Assembly: GCA_900617105.1 (NCBI GenBank)
Contig: UYFQ01000032.1
Span: 496,001-560,000, forward strand
From: Hydrurus foetidus
Taxonomy: Eukaryota
DNA: 64,000 bases
Reading direction: 5' to 3'
Shown: positions 18,319 through 28,432 of the stretch, piece after piece
Layout: each line of letters begins with the position of its first letter
Position numbering within the stretch: the stretch's first letter is position 1
Position numbers and translations under genes: made by a program
The notes under the pieces: model-generated
Database searches by the model: none
Told to the model about the DNA's origin: nothing
The model's input: only the letters and a program-made list of their open reading frames with translations

Positions 18319-19406
18319 GTGCGCTTGAAAAATCACCGGAAAAAAGGTTTACAGCGCAAATCCTGAGGGCGCAAATAGCTGCGATTTTGGTAGCAGCAGG
18401 TAGCACACAGATTGAAGCTCAAACTGTCGCTGCCAACCTCGTGATGGCTAACCTGAGCGGCCACGACTCGCACGGCGTGGGCATGGTGCCGCGCTATGTA
18501 GAGGCAGTGCTTGAAGGCGGTCTGCACCCCAACGCAGACCTCCAAGTGCAGCTTGACATGGGCACGATGCTGAGCCTGGACGCCCAACGCGGCTATGGCC
18601 AGGTGGCAGGGGTACAGGCCATGGAACTGGGCATGGCACGGGCTATGCAGCACGGCAGCTGCATCATGGCACTGGCGAATTCGCACCACCTGGGACGGAT
18701 TGGGCACTTTGCGGAAATGGCGACCGCGCAAGGGCTGGTGTCGATTCATTTGGTGAACGTGCTGTCCCGCCCCGTGGTTGCACCGTGGGGTGGCGGCGAT
18801 GGACGTTTTGGAACAAACCCGTGTTGTATTGGCATACCGTTGCCGGGTGCTGAACCCTTCATCCTCGACTTTGCCACCAGCCGAGTCGCCCAAGGCAAGA
18901 TGCGTGTCGCCTACAACAAGGGCGAAACCGTGGCGCCCGGCATGCTGATCGATGCCCAGGGCCAACCCACCAATGACCCTGGTGTGGTGGTCGTCCCGCA
19001 AGGTGATAACCCGGCACACGGTTTGTTCGGTGCACTGATGACCTTTGGCGAACACAAGGGCTATGGCCTCGCCGTCGCGTGCGAACTTTTGGGTGGCGCA
19101 CTGACAGGCGGTGGTACATGGCACAAACCTGCCGACACCTCACGCGCCGTGCTGAACAGCATGTTGACGGTGCTGATAGACCCCGTCAAATTAGGAACCC
19201 AAGCCCGCTTCGCCCAAGACTCCACCGCCTTCATAGACTGGTTGCGGCGCAGCCCGGCAGGTGCGGGGTTCGAGGGCGTACAGATTGCCGGTGAGCCAGA
19301 ACGCGCAGCGCGCCTTGAGCGCGAACGTGACGGTATCACCATTGACGCCCACACCTGGGCAGACATCAACACCGCCGCCCGAAAAGTCGGCCTCACACTC
19401 CCATGA
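18315..19406 (+). CDS. Ldh_2 family malate/lactate/ureidoglycolate-type dehydrogenase
   Basis: GHDSHG, NSHHLGRIG, GTNP, DFATS, HKGYGL. Confidence 0.9.
   Translation: MSALEKSPEKRFTAQILRAQIAAILVAAGSTQIEAQTVAANLVMANLSGHDSHGVGMVPRYVEAVLEGGLHPNADLQVQLDMGTMLSLDAQRGYGQVAGVQAMELGMARAMQHGSCIMALANSHHLGRIGHFAEMATAQGLVSIHLVNVLSRPVVAPWGGGDGRFGTNPCCIGIPLPGAEPFILDFATSRVAQGKMRVAYNKGETVAPGMLIDAQGQPTNDPGVVVVPQGDNPAHGLFGALMTFGEHKGYGLAVACELLGGALTGGGTWHKPADTSRAVLNSMLTVLIDPVKLGTQARFAQDSTAFIDWLRRSPAGAGFEGVQIAGEPERAARLERERDGITIDAHTWADINTAARKVGLTLP
18340..18394 (-). repeat. ~55-bp dispersed motif copy (N-terminus of Ldh_2 gene)
   Basis: core GCTACCAAAATCGCAGC, GC at +8/9 and +21/22, T6 at +33. Confidence 0.7.
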
Positions 19407-20176
19407 CGCTCAATACCCCCCCTATCAGCGAACAAGTAGCCCTCGTCACTGGCGCGAACGCAGGCATGGGCCTTGCCACCGCCAAAGCGTTGCTGGCCGC
19501 AGGCTACAAAGTGGCCGTGACCGATCTGGACACCACCCAAGCGCAGGCGGCCCTCAGTCTGATGATCTCACCCGAGGCGCAACACAAAAGGCTGTTTTTC
19601 ACCCGCATGGACGTGAGCGATCAAGCCGAAGTCCATGTGGCGTGCGATGCCATCACACAGCACTTTGGCCGTATCGACGTGTGCGTCAACAACGCGGGTT
19701 TCTTGCAGTACGCCAACTGCGAAGACACCACGCCCGAGCTGTGGCACAAGACGCTGCGCATCAATCTGGACGGCGTGTTCTACGTCAGCCAGCGGGTCGC
19801 GCCCGGCATGAAGGCCAGGGGCTTTGGGCGCATCGTCAACGTGGCATCGTACGGGGCCAAAACAGGTGGCCTCTCGCCCCTGCCTGCGTATGCGGCCAGT
19901 AAAGGCGGCGTGGTGTCCCTCACGTTCAGCTTCGCCCGTGAATACGCGGCTTTCGGTGTCACCTGCAATGCCTTGGCACCGACCTTTGTGAAAACCCAAA
20001 TGCTGACAGAGCAGGTCAGCCCCGAGCGCCAAGTCGAACTCCGCAAGATGATCCCTGTTGGCCGCTTTTGCGAGCTGGAAGAGTTCGCCCACGCGGTGCT
20101 GTTTTTGGCACACCCTATGAGTGGGTTCATCACCGGGGAGGTGTTGGATTTGAACGGGGGGTTGCAGTTTGACTAA
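19403..20176 (+). CDS. SDR family oxidoreductase
   Basis: TGANAGMG, NNAG, YAASK. Confidence 0.88.
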   Translation: MTLNTPPISEQVALVTGANAGMGLATAKALLAAGYKVAVTDLDTTQAQAALSLMISPEAQHKRLFFTRMDVSDQAEVHVACDAITQHFGRIDVCVNNAGFLQYANCEDTTPELWHKTLRINLDGVFYVSQRVAPGMKARGFGRIVNVASYGAKTGGLSPLPAYAASKGGVVSLTFSFAREYAAFGVTCNALAPTFVKTQMLTEQVSPERQVELRKMIPVGRFCELEEFAHAVLFLAHPMSGFITGEVLDLNGGLQFD

Positions 20177-21602
20177 GCTCACCACCTTGAATGCCTCATC
20201 CCTCCCCGGGCTGGCTGAACGCGGCATTCGCACCCCCAGCTACCCGCGCAGCGGGCCAGTTGGCGTGGTGCATCTGGGCTTGGGCGCGTTTCACCGTGCC
20301 CACCAGGCCTTCGTGTTCGATGCGCTGCTGCACAGTGGGGACAAGCGCTGGGGCGTGCTGGGTGTCGCGATGCACAACCCCGCCGTGGCAGATACCTTGA
20401 AAGCCCAAGACGGCCTGTACGCCGTGCAGATCGCCAGCAGCGCAGGCACCCATTGGCAGGTGCCAGGGGCCATCTGGCACACCTGCGTGGCGGCACGCGA
20501 AGCGCAGCAGGTCATTGATGCGCTGGCCGCACCCTCCACGCGCTGGGTCACGCTGACCGTCACCGAAAAAGGCTACGGCCCAGAACTCGCGGCCTTGCTG
20601 GTGCAAGGTCTGGCGGCACGGCAGGCTGCGGGCCTGGGCGGACTCACCCTCGCCTCGTGCGACAACCTGTCTGACAATGGCCGCAAGCTCGAAGCGTTGT
20701 GTGTCGGGATGGCCCAAAGTACCGACCACGAACACGCCGGTCTCGCCGACTGGATCACCACAGCCTGCACCTTCCCGAACAGCATGGTTGACCGCATCGT
20801 GCCCGCCGCCACACCTGAGCGCTTGCAGTCCGCATCCCTTGCCCTGGGTGTTGACGACCGCGCCGCACTGGGCACCGAGGCGTTCTGGGAATGGGTCATT
20901 GAGCGGCGCTTTGTGGACGACAGCGACGCGCAGACCCTGGCCGACGCAGGCGTCACCGTGGTGGATGACGTGCGCCCTTTCGAGACCGCCAAGCTTCGCA
21001 TGCTGAACGGCAGCCACACCGCCATGGCCTGCCTGGGCGCGGTAGCAGGCTTGCCCGTTATCAGCGACTGCATTGCGCAGCCAGCGGTGCGCAAGTTCGT
21101 CCACCGGCTGATGACCGAAGAAGTTGGCCCCCAGCTCCAACGCCAAGACTGGCCGCAGTACCGCGATGCCCTGCTGGCACGCTTTGCCAACCCGGCCTTG
21201 CAGCACAGCGTCCACCAGATCGCCACCGACTGCTCACAAAAAATCCCCCAACGCTGGCCAGCCTCGGCGCTGGGCGTGCTGGGCGCGTACCGGATACCTG
21301 AGTGCCTGGCCTTTGCCGCGGCGGTGTGGCTGCGCTACCTGCGTGCCGTGGACGACCAGGGCACGCCGTACCCGCTGAACGACCCGATGGCGACAGCATT
21401 GCACGCGCTGGCGCTGGAGCACGCAGCCGATACCACCGCCACCGTGCAAGCGCTGTGCACGCTGCCCGCCATTTGGGGCGATGCCCTGCCCCAGCATGCC
21501 GCGTGGCTGGCACGCATTGCGCACTGGCTGAGCCAGATCAACCAACAAGGTGTGATCCTCGCATTAACTACCTTCAACACCTTAGACACCACAGCACTAT
21601 GA
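20169..21602 (+). CDS. uxuB: mannitol dehydrogenase family, fructuronate reductase-like
   Basis: [52 protein letters not shown]. Confidence 0.85.
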   Translation: MTKLTTLNASSLPGLAERGIRTPSYPRSGPVGVVHLGLGAFHRAHQAFVFDALLHSGDKRWGVLGVAMHNPAVADTLKAQDGLYAVQIASSAGTHWQVPGAIWHTCVAAREAQQVIDALAAPSTRWVTLTVTEKGYGPELAALLVQGLAARQAAGLGGLTLASCDNLSDNGRKLEALCVGMAQSTDHEHAGLADWITTACTFPNSMVDRIVPAATPERLQSASLALGVDDRAALGTEAFWEWVIERRFVDDSDAQTLADAGVTVVDDVRPFETAKLRMLNGSHTAMACLGAVAGLPVISDCIAQPAVRKFVHRLMTEEVGPQLQRQDWPQYRDALLARFANPALQHSVHQIATDCSQKIPQRWPASALGVLGAYRIPECLAFAAAVWLRYLRAVDDQGTPYPLNDPMATALHALALEHAADTTATVQALCTLPAIWGDALPQHAAWLARIAHWLSQINQQGVILALTTFNTLDTTAL

Positions 21603-22810
21603 AAATCACCAACGCCCGTGTCATCGTTTGCAGCCCTGGCCGCAACTTCGTCACCCTCAAAATCGAAACCGATGAAGGCCTGACTGGCATCGGGGACGCC
21701 ACGCTGAATGGCCGCGAGCTGTCCGTCGTCAGCTACCTCACCGAGCATGTCATTCCCTGCCTGATAGGCCGTGACGCGCACCAGATCGAAGACATTTGGC
21801 AGTACCTCTACAAAGGCGCGTACTGGCGGCGCGGGCCGGTCACGATGAGTGCCATCGCCGCTGTGGACACGGCACTGTGGGACATCAAAGCCAAAGCCGC
21901 TGGCCTGCCGCTGTACCAATTGCTGGGGGGCAAGAGCCGCACCGGCGTGATGGTTTACGGCCACGCCAACGGCGCAGACATCACCCAAACCGTGGAAGAA
22001 GTGCTACGGTACAAAGAAATGGGCTACCTCGCCATCCGCGCCCAATCGGGTGTGCCAGGGCTTGAAAAAGTCTACGGCGTGGGCCGTGGCACGCTGTTTT
22101 ACGAACCTGCTGATGCTGATTTGCCCAGCGAGCACGACTGGAGCACTGAAAAATACCTGCGTCACACGCCCCAGCTGTTCGACGCGGTGCGCGCGGCGGT
22201 AGGGCCAGACATCCACCTGCTGCACGATGTCCATCACCGCTTAACCCCCATCGAAGCGGGTCGCCTGGGCAAAGCGCTGGAGCCGTACCACCTGTTTTGG
22301 ATGGAAGATGCCACGCCCGCCGAGAACCAGGAGGCTTTCCGCCTGATTCGCCAGCACACCACCACGCCGCTGGCTGTGGGTGAGATTTTCAACACGATTT
22401 GGGACTGCAAAGACCTGATTCAAAACCAGCTGATCGACTACATCCGCACCACCGTCGTCCATGCGGGCGGCATCACGCATTTGCGCCGCATTGCCGATCT
22501 TGCCGCGATGTACCAAGTGCGCACAGGCTGCCATGGTGCAACCGATTTAAGCCCGGTCTGCATGGGTGCGGCCCTGCACTTTGACACCTGGGTGCCCAAC
22601 TTCGGCATTCAAGAGTACATGCGCCACACCGAAGCCACCGATGAGGTCTTCCCGCACGATTACAGCTTTGCCAAAGGCTTCATGCACTGCGGCGAAAAGC
22701 CGGGGCACGGGGTGGAAATTGACGAGGCACTGGCCGCCAAGTACCCGTACCAACGGGCGTATTTGCCGGTGAACCGGCTACAGCATGACGGGACGCTGTG
22801 GAACTGGTGA
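21599..22810 (+). CDS. manD: D-mannonate dehydratase, enolase superfamily (ManD/RspA)
   Basis: [53 protein letters not shown] overlap with upstream gene. Confidence 0.93.
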   Translation: MKITNARVIVCSPGRNFVTLKIETDEGLTGIGDATLNGRELSVVSYLTEHVIPCLIGRDAHQIEDIWQYLYKGAYWRRGPVTMSAIAAVDTALWDIKAKAAGLPLYQLLGGKSRTGVMVYGHANGADITQTVEEVLRYKEMGYLAIRAQSGVPGLEKVYGVGRGTLFYEPADADLPSEHDWSTEKYLRHTPQLFDAVRAAVGPDIHLLHDVHHRLTPIEAGRLGKALEPYHLFWMEDATPAENQEAFRLIRQHTTTPLAVGEIFNTIWDCKDLIQNQLIDYIRTTVVHAGGITHLRRIADLAAMYQVRTGCHGATDLSPVCMGAALHFDTWVPNFGIQEYMRHTEATDEVFPHDYSFAKGFMHCGEKPGHGVEIDEALAAKYPYQRAYLPVNRLQHDGTLWNW

Positions 22811-22844
22811 TGCCAGATCGAACTGCCCCAGTCAATCGCCCTTC

Positions 22845-23603
22845 TCAATCACCCTGAAATCCGGCGGCACGGTATGTCAAGACCAGCGTGTCGCGGTAAC
22901 CGCTGGCGTCGGGATCACCGTCCATCTTCAGCGGTTGAATAGGGGTTGATTCGTGAATCACCCGCGCATCGTCGAGCAGCAGCACCGACCACGGTTGCAT
23001 CAGCGTGAAGCGCAAGCCATTGGGGCCATTCGCTTCAAACACACGGGTTTCTGCGCCTTTGATACCCACCCGATTGATCAAAAACACCGCCACAAAATCC
23101 ACCCCATCGCGGTGTGCGCCCTCGGGTGTGGGGCGGCCAATGCCGTCGGTGGTGTCGATGCGAAACTGGTGCGCCTCAACGTGCCAGCGCACGGTAGCGG
23201 GCCGGGCGGCTGAGCTCACTTGGGCCAGCGCCAACACGACTTGCGACCACGCCGCGTGGGCAACGGTTGCGGGCAGCATCGGCTCAAACCAGCGCTGCAT
23301 ACCGCCGTGTAGCGCGTTGTATTCCAGCGGTTGCCAATGTGCGCGGTGTGGGACTTGCGCGACAGCGCCGTCCTCCACGACAAAGCAAGAATGGCGGCGG
23401 CGGCGGTAGTTGCCACCGTCTTTCAGGTAAGCGTCAGCGGGTAAATCGTTCCAGCTGGGGCGCAACATGTCCAGCGCATCAAGACTGCAAGCGGCGAGGG
23501 AACGCAGCCCCTCGCTATCGAGAACGGCGTAACCCTGCTGGCGCAGGGCGGAAGCGGCGGCGATGGGTGGCGTGATGGGAGGTAAAAGCAGGGTTTGGCT
23601 CAT
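22845..23603 (-). CDS. 2OG-Fe(II) dioxygenase family protein
   Basis: PTPEGAHRDGVDF (HxD), VIHESTPI, RDTLVLT. Confidence 0.85.
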   Translation of the reverse strand: MSQTLLLPPITPPIAAASALRQQGYAVLDSEGLRSLAACSLDALDMLRPSWNDLPADAYLKDGGNYRRRRHSCFVVEDGAVAQVPHRAHWQPLEYNALHGGMQRWFEPMLPATVAHAAWSQVVLALAQVSSAARPATVRWHVEAHQFRIDTTDGIGRPTPEGAHRDGVDFVAVFLINRVGIKGAETRVFEANGPNGLRFTLMQPWSVLLLDDARVIHESTPIQPLKMDGDPDASGYRDTLVLTYRAAGFQGD

Positions 23604-23676
23604 GCCGATAGATTACCAGCAAGCGCCCCCACCCTTTGCAGTCTGGCACCCTACCCTGTCACCACACCTTGGCTTG

Positions 23677-24915
23677 TCAGCGGTCCAGCGTCAAACCGGC
23701 ATCCTGTAAGCGTTCGACCAGCACCTCGCCCAGAGCGGAGGCGGGTGTCAATACGCCGCCACCCTTAGCACCACCGGGCAGGCGTTGGGCATCGCGCACC
23801 AAGGCCATCGCCGCTTCGCAGACCATGATGGTGGTGGCACGGTTGCCGGGGTCTCCCTGGCCTGCCACTTTGACGCGCACCTGGTTGCCGCTGGCGCTGG
23901 TGCCCACCAGTTCGCAGCGGAACGAGCCGTTGTCCATCGCTGATTCGGATGGCCCAGAGCCAGGCGCGGGTACGAATTTTTTGACCAAGGCACGCACGGC
24001 GGATGAGCGCATCGCCACGTTGCCCTGGATCATCCCGGCGCAAAAGCCCGCTGCGGCAACAGCGGCAAGTGGGCCCGCCCCAAAGCGCATGTACTCTTGG
24101 TAGTGGAAGCTGTTCGCTTTGCCGCCATAACCGAGCAACGCAGCACTGCGGCGCACCACGCGGGTGTTGACGGTGCCCATCACGAACGGGCCTAACCAGG
24201 CTTTGAAATCATTGTCGCGGGACGGTGCAAACGGGTCTGCGTCGATGGCGTGCGGTGTGGGGACGCTGCCCTCGGGGTTGAGCAAAAATGGCTTTTCCAT
24301 CGCCTTGGACTGCCCGGTGTCGATCATGTTCAAGGCCGAAGCCAGCGTGCCGCCGTTCACACCGCCGCGCATGCTGAAGCTGGCTTTCACGGTGGCGCAG
24401 GTTTCGCCGTGCTGCGCTTGCATCGCCTGCACCACCAGCCATGCGCCGATGTCGGAGGGCACGGAATCAAAACCGCAGCAGGGCACGATGCGCGTGCCGC
24501 TGCGTGCGGCAGCGTCGTGGTGCTGGTCGATCATGTCGCGCACCCAGGCGGTTTCGCCGGTGATGTCCACGTAATGCGTGCCGTTGGCGACACAAGCAGC
24601 CACCAAAGCGCTGCCGAACACCGCAAACGGCCCGGCGGTGCTCAGTACCACGCGGGCGCTGGCGGCCAAGGCGTTGAGCGCGTCAACATCGCCCGAATCG
24701 GCTACCACGATACCGGCGCTGAGCGCGGAGCTGCCTGCCTCGCGGCGAATGGCTTCCAGCTTTTTGGCGTTGCGCCCGGCCAAGGCCCAGCGCAAATCCT
24801 TCGCATGCTCAGCAAAGTAGGCCACAGTTTGGCGACCGACGAAGCCGGTGGCACCGTACAAAATCACGTCATAAGGGCGGATGGAGGAGCGAGTGGAAGG
24901 GCTGGACTTGGACAT
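23677..24915 (-). CDS. saccharopine dehydrogenase-like oxidoreductase (trans-acting enoyl reductase family)
   Basis: YGATGFVG, AGRN, STAGPF, HYVDITGE, CGFDSVPSD, GGVLTPA. Confidence 0.88.
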   Translation of the reverse strand: MSKSSPSTRSSIRPYDVILYGATGFVGRQTVAYFAEHAKDLRWALAGRNAKKLEAIRREAGSSALSAGIVVADSGDVDALNALAASARVVLSTAGPFAVFGSALVAACVANGTHYVDITGETAWVRDMIDQHHDAAARSGTRIVPCCGFDSVPSDIGAWLVVQAMQAQHGETCATVKASFSMRGGVNGGTLASALNMIDTGQSKAMEKPFLLNPEGSVPTPHAIDADPFAPSRDNDFKAWLGPFVMGTVNTRVVRRSAALLGYGGKANSFHYQEYMRFGAGPLAAVAAAGFCAGMIQGNVAMRSSAVRALVKKFVPAPGSGPSESAMDNGSFRCELVGTSASGNQVRVKVAGQGDPGNRATTIMVCEAAMALVRDAQRLPGGAKGGGVLTPASALGEVLVERLQDAGLTLDR

Positions 24916-24950
24916 GGGGATCTTTTTTGACAAAGTAAGAGAGGCAAATA

Positions 24951-25005
24951 ACTTCAAATTTGATAGCTGTTGTCGTTTATACAGCCTGCTATAAATGGGG
25001 TTTTT
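24951..25005 (+). repeat. ~55-bp dispersed motif copy (intergenic)
   Basis: core ACTTCAAATTTGATAGC, GC at +21/22, T5 at +34. Confidence 0.7.
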
Positions 25006-25013
25006 AATCCGAT

Positions 25014-25856
25014 TTACAGCACGGCACGGCCCATCCAGCCGCCAATGCGCCGCACCAACCACTTGGGGGTGCCGCGAGAAGCCAGCACCGAAGCTTGGTT
25101 CGCCACACCGGGCACGCAAATCACTTGGCCTTTCATGCAGGCTTTGAAGCCCAAACGCGCCACGTCCATCGCATCGGCAATCAGCACGGCGGGGATTTTG
25201 CCGAGCTGGGGGCTGCCTGCTGCTGCCTGGCTGACCATGCTGGTGGCGGTCACACCAGGGCACAGCGCGGAAATGGTCACACCGGTGCCCTTGAGCTCCT
25301 CAGACAGCGATTCGGTGAGCGACAGCACATACGCCTTGGTGGCGGCATAGGTGGCGAGTGAGGGGATGGGCTGGAAGGCGGCAATCGAGGCCACGTTCAG
25401 CACCCGGCCCTGGCCACGCTCCACCATGCCGGGCAAAAAGGCGTTCAACATGGCGGTCAGGCCCGAGATGTTCAGGTCAATCATGGCTTGGCTGCTTTCA
25501 GCACCGGCTTTGATGAACGCGCCATGCGACAGCACCCCGGCGCAGTTGACCAGCACGTCCACCGTGCGGCGTTGGCGCTTGAGGCGGGCGGCCAGTTGGG
25601 TGGCGGCGACGGGCTCTGACAGGTCAGCAGGCTCAGCCCAAGCGTTGATGCCGTGCTTGGACGCCATCGCCTCGGCCAGCGTTTTGAGCTTGTCGGCGCT
25701 GCGGGCCACCAACACCAGATCGAAACCAGCCTCGGCAAAGCAGGTGGCAAGCGCCTCACCGATGCCCGATGACGCACCGGTAATCAGGGCCACAGGGGCG
25801 GAATGCGCGGGGGTGGATTGAGAAGATGTTTTTGACGCTTTTTGAGCTGTAGGCAT
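25014..25856 (-). CDS. SDR family oxidoreductase
   Basis: TGASSGIG, VNCAG, YAATKA; GGAG RBS before 25856. Confidence 0.9.
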   Translation of the reverse strand: MPTAQKASKTSSQSTPAHSAPVALITGASSGIGEALATCFAEAGFDLVLVARSADKLKTLAEAMASKHGINAWAEPADLSEPVAATQLAARLKRQRRTVDVLVNCAGVLSHGAFIKAGAESSQAMIDLNISGLTAMLNAFLPGMVERGQGRVLNVASIAAFQPIPSLATYAATKAYVLSLTESLSEELKGTGVTISALCPGVTATSMVSQAAAGSPQLGKIPAVLIADAMDVARLGFKACMKGQVICVPGVANQASVLASRGTPKWLVRRIGGWMGRAVL

Positions 25857-25938
25857 GCGGTTCTCCAAAAGAGGGGTATTTGGCCCGCAAACCCGCCACA
25901 CCGCTAGATGTTCCACCCCAGAATACTGTCGCTTAGGC

Positions 25939-25958
25939 TACCCAAAGCCCTTTGGGTA
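25939..25958. promoter_or_regulatory. perfect inverted repeat, putative operator
   Basis: TACCCAAAG-CC-CTTTGGGTA between two divergent oxidoreductase genes. Confidence 0.45.
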
Positions 25959-26056
25959 ATCGCTAACATCGACCGCGCTGTGCAGCCTGTCCAGCACACT
26001 AAACACATGTGCAGCCCCTCATTTTTGACCCTAGATTGACCTTAGAAAGCTCCCCC

Positions 26057-27094
26057 ATGACCGCACTTGCCACCCTGACCAACCACCAAATCCGCCTGTC
26101 CTCCCGCCCTGTCGGCATGGCCACACGCGCTAACTTCAGCTTCACCGAAGAAGCCGTTACCGAACCTGCGGAAGGCGGCGTGCTGGTCAAAACCCTGGCC
26201 CTGTCGCTCGACCCCGCCATGCGCGGCTGGATGAACGAAGGCAAAAGCTACATCCCCCCCGTGCAAATCAACGAAGTGATGCGCGCCGGTGGCGTGGGCA
26301 CCGTGATCGCCTCTAAAAACCCGGACTACGCCGTGGGCGACACCGTGAATGCAGGACTGGGTGTGCAAGAGTACTGCCTGATCCCCGCTGACCAGATCAA
26401 GCGCAACGGCATGTTCAAAATTGACCTGCGCGTGGGCAGCGCTACCCAGTGGCTCAATGTGTTGGGCATGCCCGGTATGACGGGCTACTTTGGCCTGATG
26501 GACGTGGGCCTGCCCAAAGCCGGTGAAACGGTGGTGGTCTCAGGCGCGGCCGGTGCCGTGGGCCAAACCGTGGGCCAAATGGCCAAACTCAAAGGCTGCC
26601 GTGTGGTCGGCATCGCTGGCGGTGCCGCCAAGTGCGATTGGGTGGTGAAAGAACTCGGTTTTGACGCTTGCATCGACTACAAAGCCGGTGACGTGAAGGC
26701 GGGTTTGAAAGAGCACTGCCCCAAAGGCGTGGACATTTACTTTGACAACGTAGGCGGCGACATTCTGGATGCTGTGCTGACCCGCATCAACCGGGGCGCA
26801 CGCATCATTATCTGCGGCGCGATCAGCCAGTACAACAACACGACCCCCGTCAAAGGTCCGGCCAACTACCTCAGCCTGCTGGTCAACCGCGCTCGCATGG
26901 AAGGCATCGTGGTGTTCGACTACGCTGACCGCTACCACTTGGCGATCGCTGAGATGGCCGGGTATTTGAAGTCCGGCCAAATGAAGAGCAAAGAAGACGT
27001 GGTCGTCGGCATTCAGACTTTCCCAGAGACGCTGACGAAGCTTTTCAATGGTGAGAATTTTGGCAAGCTGGTGTTGCAGGTGGCTGAAAGCTGA
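26057..27094 (+). CDS. NADP-dependent alkenal/one oxidoreductase (CurA/PtGR-like MDR)
   Basis: SLDPAMRGWM, LGMPGMTGYFG, SGAAGAVG, YFDNVGG, CGAISQYN. Confidence 0.9.
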   Translation: MTALATLTNHQIRLSSRPVGMATRANFSFTEEAVTEPAEGGVLVKTLALSLDPAMRGWMNEGKSYIPPVQINEVMRAGGVGTVIASKNPDYAVGDTVNAGLGVQEYCLIPADQIKRNGMFKIDLRVGSATQWLNVLGMPGMTGYFGLMDVGLPKAGETVVVSGAAGAVGQTVGQMAKLKGCRVVGIAGGAAKCDWVVKELGFDACIDYKAGDVKAGLKEHCPKGVDIYFDNVGGDILDAVLTRINRGARIIICGAISQYNNTTPVKGPANYLSLLVNRARMEGIVVFDYADRYHLAIAEMAGYLKSGQMKSKEDVVVGIQTFPETLTKLFNGENFGKLVLQVAES

Positions 27095-27139
27095 TAAATG
27101 CGGACCGAGCAGCAGACGCTGCTCGGTATCATCCCCGCC

Positions 27140-27490
27140 ATGATTACCCTTTATGGCATCCCCAACTGCGACACAGTGAAAAAAGCCCGTGCCTGGCTCA
27201 CCGCGCAAGGCGTGGCACACCAATTTCACGATTTCAAAAAGCAGGGCGTACCCCCAGACCGCTTGAATGCATGGTCACAAACGGTAGGCTGGGAGACGCT
27301 GCTGAACCGCAAAGGCACGACTTGGCGCAAGCTGGACGCAGCCACGCAAGCCAGCGTCACCGATGCCGCTTCTGCCCAAGCGCTGATGCTGGCGCAAGTC
27401 AGCGCCATCAAGCGCCCGGTGGTGGACTGGGGCGCAGGGCGCATCACCGTGGGCTTCAAAGAGGCTTTCGATGCCCAGCTTTACATCTGA
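27140..27490 (+). CDS. ArsC/YffB family reductase
   Basis: YGIPNCDTVKKA, LNRKGTTWRKL, IKRPV. Confidence 0.9.
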   Translation: MITLYGIPNCDTVKKARAWLTAQGVAHQFHDFKKQGVPPDRLNAWSQTVGWETLLNRKGTTWRKLDAATQASVTDAASAQALMLAQVSAIKRPVVDWGAGRITVGFKEAFDAQLYI

Positions 27491-27640
27491 AACATCCAGA
27501 CCAAGGAACTCAGCCTTGCCAAGCCGAGTCTGAATGTTTAACCTGCACGGCAATGCCGCTGTTTCGGTTTTGTAGACTTTTTACCAACCTGATGCGTTGA
27601 ACAGCGTGAATCAACGCCCAGCCCCTTGGAGACCCTGACC

Positions 27641-28429
27641 ATGAAAACCCCTGTTGTTTGTGCCCTTGCCATGACCGCCATCACCGCGTGGAGCATGAAT
27701 GCCCAAGCACAAGAGGTGGGCCGTGTGATTTCGAGCACCCCCATCGTGCAGCAAGTCGGTGTACCGCGCCAAGTCTGCTCTAACCAGCAAGTGGCGGTGA
27801 ACGCCCCTAAATCAGGTGCAGGTGCGCTGATGGGGGCCATTGCCGGGGGTGGTCTGGGCAATGCCGTGGGCCAAGGCGGTGGCAAGGCACTGGCCACCGT
27901 AGCGGGCTTGATGGGCGGTGCGATTTTGGGCAACAGCATCGAAGGCCCCAACGCGCAGCTGCAAAACGTGCAGCAATGCGGCACCCAAACCAGCTATGAA
28001 AACCGCACCGTGGGGTACAACGTGGTCTACGAATACGGTGGCCGCCAATACAACGTACAGATGCCCCAAGACCCTGGCCAAACCGTGCAACTGCAGGTAA
28101 CGCCGGTGGGTGCCACCAACTCGGCACCTAACTACCAGCAGCAGAACGCGGGCATTCAAGGCACGTATGCGCCACAGACGGTTTACGAGCAGCCGCAACA
28201 GCTGCAACAAATTCAAACCTACGTGCAGCCGCAGATTCAGACCTACACCGAAAGCTACGGCTACGCGGCACCCGCCGTGGTCTACCCCTATGCGACTTAT
28301 GCCCCAGCCACTTACTACCGGCCTTACTACGCACCAGCACCGGTTTCGCTGAGCTTTGGCTTCAGAGGCGGCTACGGTGGCAGTAACTTTCGAGGTGGTC
28401 ACGGTCACCACGGCCACCACTGGCGCTAA
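27641..28429 (+). CDS. glycine-zipper 2TM exported protein (YcfJ-like)
   Basis: signal peptide, GALMGAIAGGGLGNAVGQGGG zipper, YNVVYEYGG, Q/Y/P-rich tail. Confidence 0.85.
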   Translation: MKTPVVCALAMTAITAWSMNAQAQEVGRVISSTPIVQQVGVPRQVCSNQQVAVNAPKSGAGALMGAIAGGGLGNAVGQGGGKALATVAGLMGGAILGNSIEGPNAQLQNVQQCGTQTSYENRTVGYNVVYEYGGRQYNVQMPQDPGQTVQLQVTPVGATNSAPNYQQQNAGIQGTYAPQTVYEQPQQLQQIQTYVQPQIQTYTESYGYAAPAVVYPYATYAPATYYRPYYAPAPVSLSFGFRGGYGGSNFRGGHGHHGHHWR

Positions 28430-28432
28430 GCT

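Noticed and set aside
10440..23700. Genomic island bounded by a tRNA-Arg 3' duplication
   Set aside because: No second copy of the tRNA 3' end and no integrase were found by eye; the sugar-acid genes have host-like codon usage.
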